Source of the DNA: a virus
DNA: 64,000 bases
Virus record (IMG/VR): IMGVR_UViG_3300008117_000025
Location: 1 to 64,000 of that record
Direction: 5' to 3' (one strand)
Shown here: positions 63,295 to 64,000 of the stretch, in pieces
Position numbering within the stretch: the stretch's first letter is position 1
Layout: every line of letters starts with the position of its first letter
Position numbers and translations under genes: made by a program
The notes under the pieces: model-generated
What the model was told of the DNA's origin: nothing
What the model saw: only the letters and a program-made list of their open reading frames with translations
Databases searched by the model: none

Positions 63295-63531
63295 TTAGGC
63301 AGTAGCCAATTCACTAGTTTTGGTACGGCGACGGGCCAAATTGTACATCGCATTAGCAAGGGTGTCATTTACACGACGATCACCACTTTTAACGTAGTTT
63401 ACAAAACGTGTAGTGTAACCTGTTTCTTCTGCGAGACGAGTGGTGTCTCCTTGGCGTTGACGAGCTTTGTAGAAGGCCAACTTTGCTGTTCTGTTCATGT
63501 AATTTGCACGAACGTTTGTTTGATAACTCAT
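63295..63531 (-). CDS. Small basic HTH-like DNA-binding protein
   Basis: GDTTRLAEETGYTTRFVNYVKSG helix-turn-helix pattern; own terminator. Confidence 0.65.
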   Translation of the reverse strand: MSYQTNVRANYMNRTAKLAFYKARQRQGDTTRLAEETGYTTRFVNYVKSGDRRVNDTLANAMYNLARRRTKTSELATA

Positions 63532-63546
63532 ATAACTGATTATTGA

Positions 63547-63999
63547 TTACGAATTGTGTTCTGCTAATACTTTTTCTACATGGGCTTTAGCTACTTCCCA
63601 ACTAACAGGTCCGGTTTCATCAGCATAATCTACAGGATCAGGACGACCTAATCTAATAAATGCTTCAATACGCTCTACTGATGCTGCTGATTTGTAATCT
63701 GAAAACCAATATCCTTCTTTTGATTCATATAAAACTATATCTCCATCTAATGTTTGAGCTTTAGGAATCCAAATTGGTTTATAAGATGTATTTGTGCGCT
63801 TATAGACTTCATCAAAGTTAAGACCAAGTTTTTGACAAGCCAACTCTCCATCTTTTAAGATATCAAATTTATTTACTTCAAGATAAGGAGTATAAATTGA
63901 TACTAAATGTGAATCCCAGTTACCAATAACAAAAGCATCAAAATCAGCATCTCTAAATTCTTGTCTACAATCAGGATAAATAGCATGATCACCAGCATG
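63547..63999 (-). CDS. queC: 7-cyano-7-deazaguanine synthase, C-terminal part (5' end beyond window)
   Basis: Reading frame extended upstream of the track ORF gives HAGDHAIYPDCRQEF...TPY..NKFDIL...VERIEAF..LG.PDP. Confidence 0.9.
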   Translation of the reverse strand, partial: HAGDHAIYPDCRQEFRDADFDAFVIGNWDSHLVSIYTPYLEVNKFDILKDGELACQKLGLNFDEVYKRTNTSYKPIWIPKAQTLDGDIVLYESKEGYWFSDYKSAASVERIEAFIRLGRPDPVDYADETGPVSWEVAKAHVEKVLAEHNS

Positions 64000-64000
64000 G

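Noticed and set aside
1-64000. Stop-codon recoding, as seen in some large phages
   Set aside because: Recognisable genes are full-length under code 11, and TAG/TGA terminate ORFs at expected positions

Overview
This 64 kb window is a segment of a large, AT-rich, T4-like (jumbo) phage genome. Every supportable gene is on the minus strand. The host is very probably Bacteroidota: signal peptides obey the Q-rule, there is a DUF4494-like gene, there are no Shine-Dalgarno motifs, and small lipoproteins carry D-S/T-x motifs. By coordinate: (1) 1-12 kb, small early/host-takeover genes, many with their own copy of a conserved promoter, plus DUF932, an exported NucA-type nuclease, a metallophosphoesterase and thyA. 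(2) 12-15.5 kb, membrane and lipoprotein genes (possible lysis cassette, TSP3-metzincin protease). (3) 15.5-17 kb, an RNA island: an unrecognised ~290 nt structured RNA with its own promoter and terminator, a tmRNA with a 23-aa tag, tRNA-Leu(TAA) and a 157-nt aberrant tRNA-like element. (4) 17.7-20 kb, a degenerate HNH and ClpP. (5) 20-34.5 kb, a glycan locus: GDP-fucose pathway, RmlB-like, RfbH/E1, split TPP enzyme, TylF methyltransferase and about 8 glycosyltransferases. (6) 34.8-44.2 kb, replication and chaperones: Cas4-like nuclease, clamp loaders, GroEL/ES, Hsp20 bracketed by a 20/21-bp inverted repeat, clamp and PolB. (7) 44.2-60 kb, a fibre locus with three giant Gly-Ser/Thr-Ser/Thr repeat proteins, one with an S74 chaperone. 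(8) 60-64 kb, dcd/dut, a PRTase, folE, queE and queC (7-deazaguanine pathway). All calls come from motif recognition by eye. No database searches or folding programs were run.
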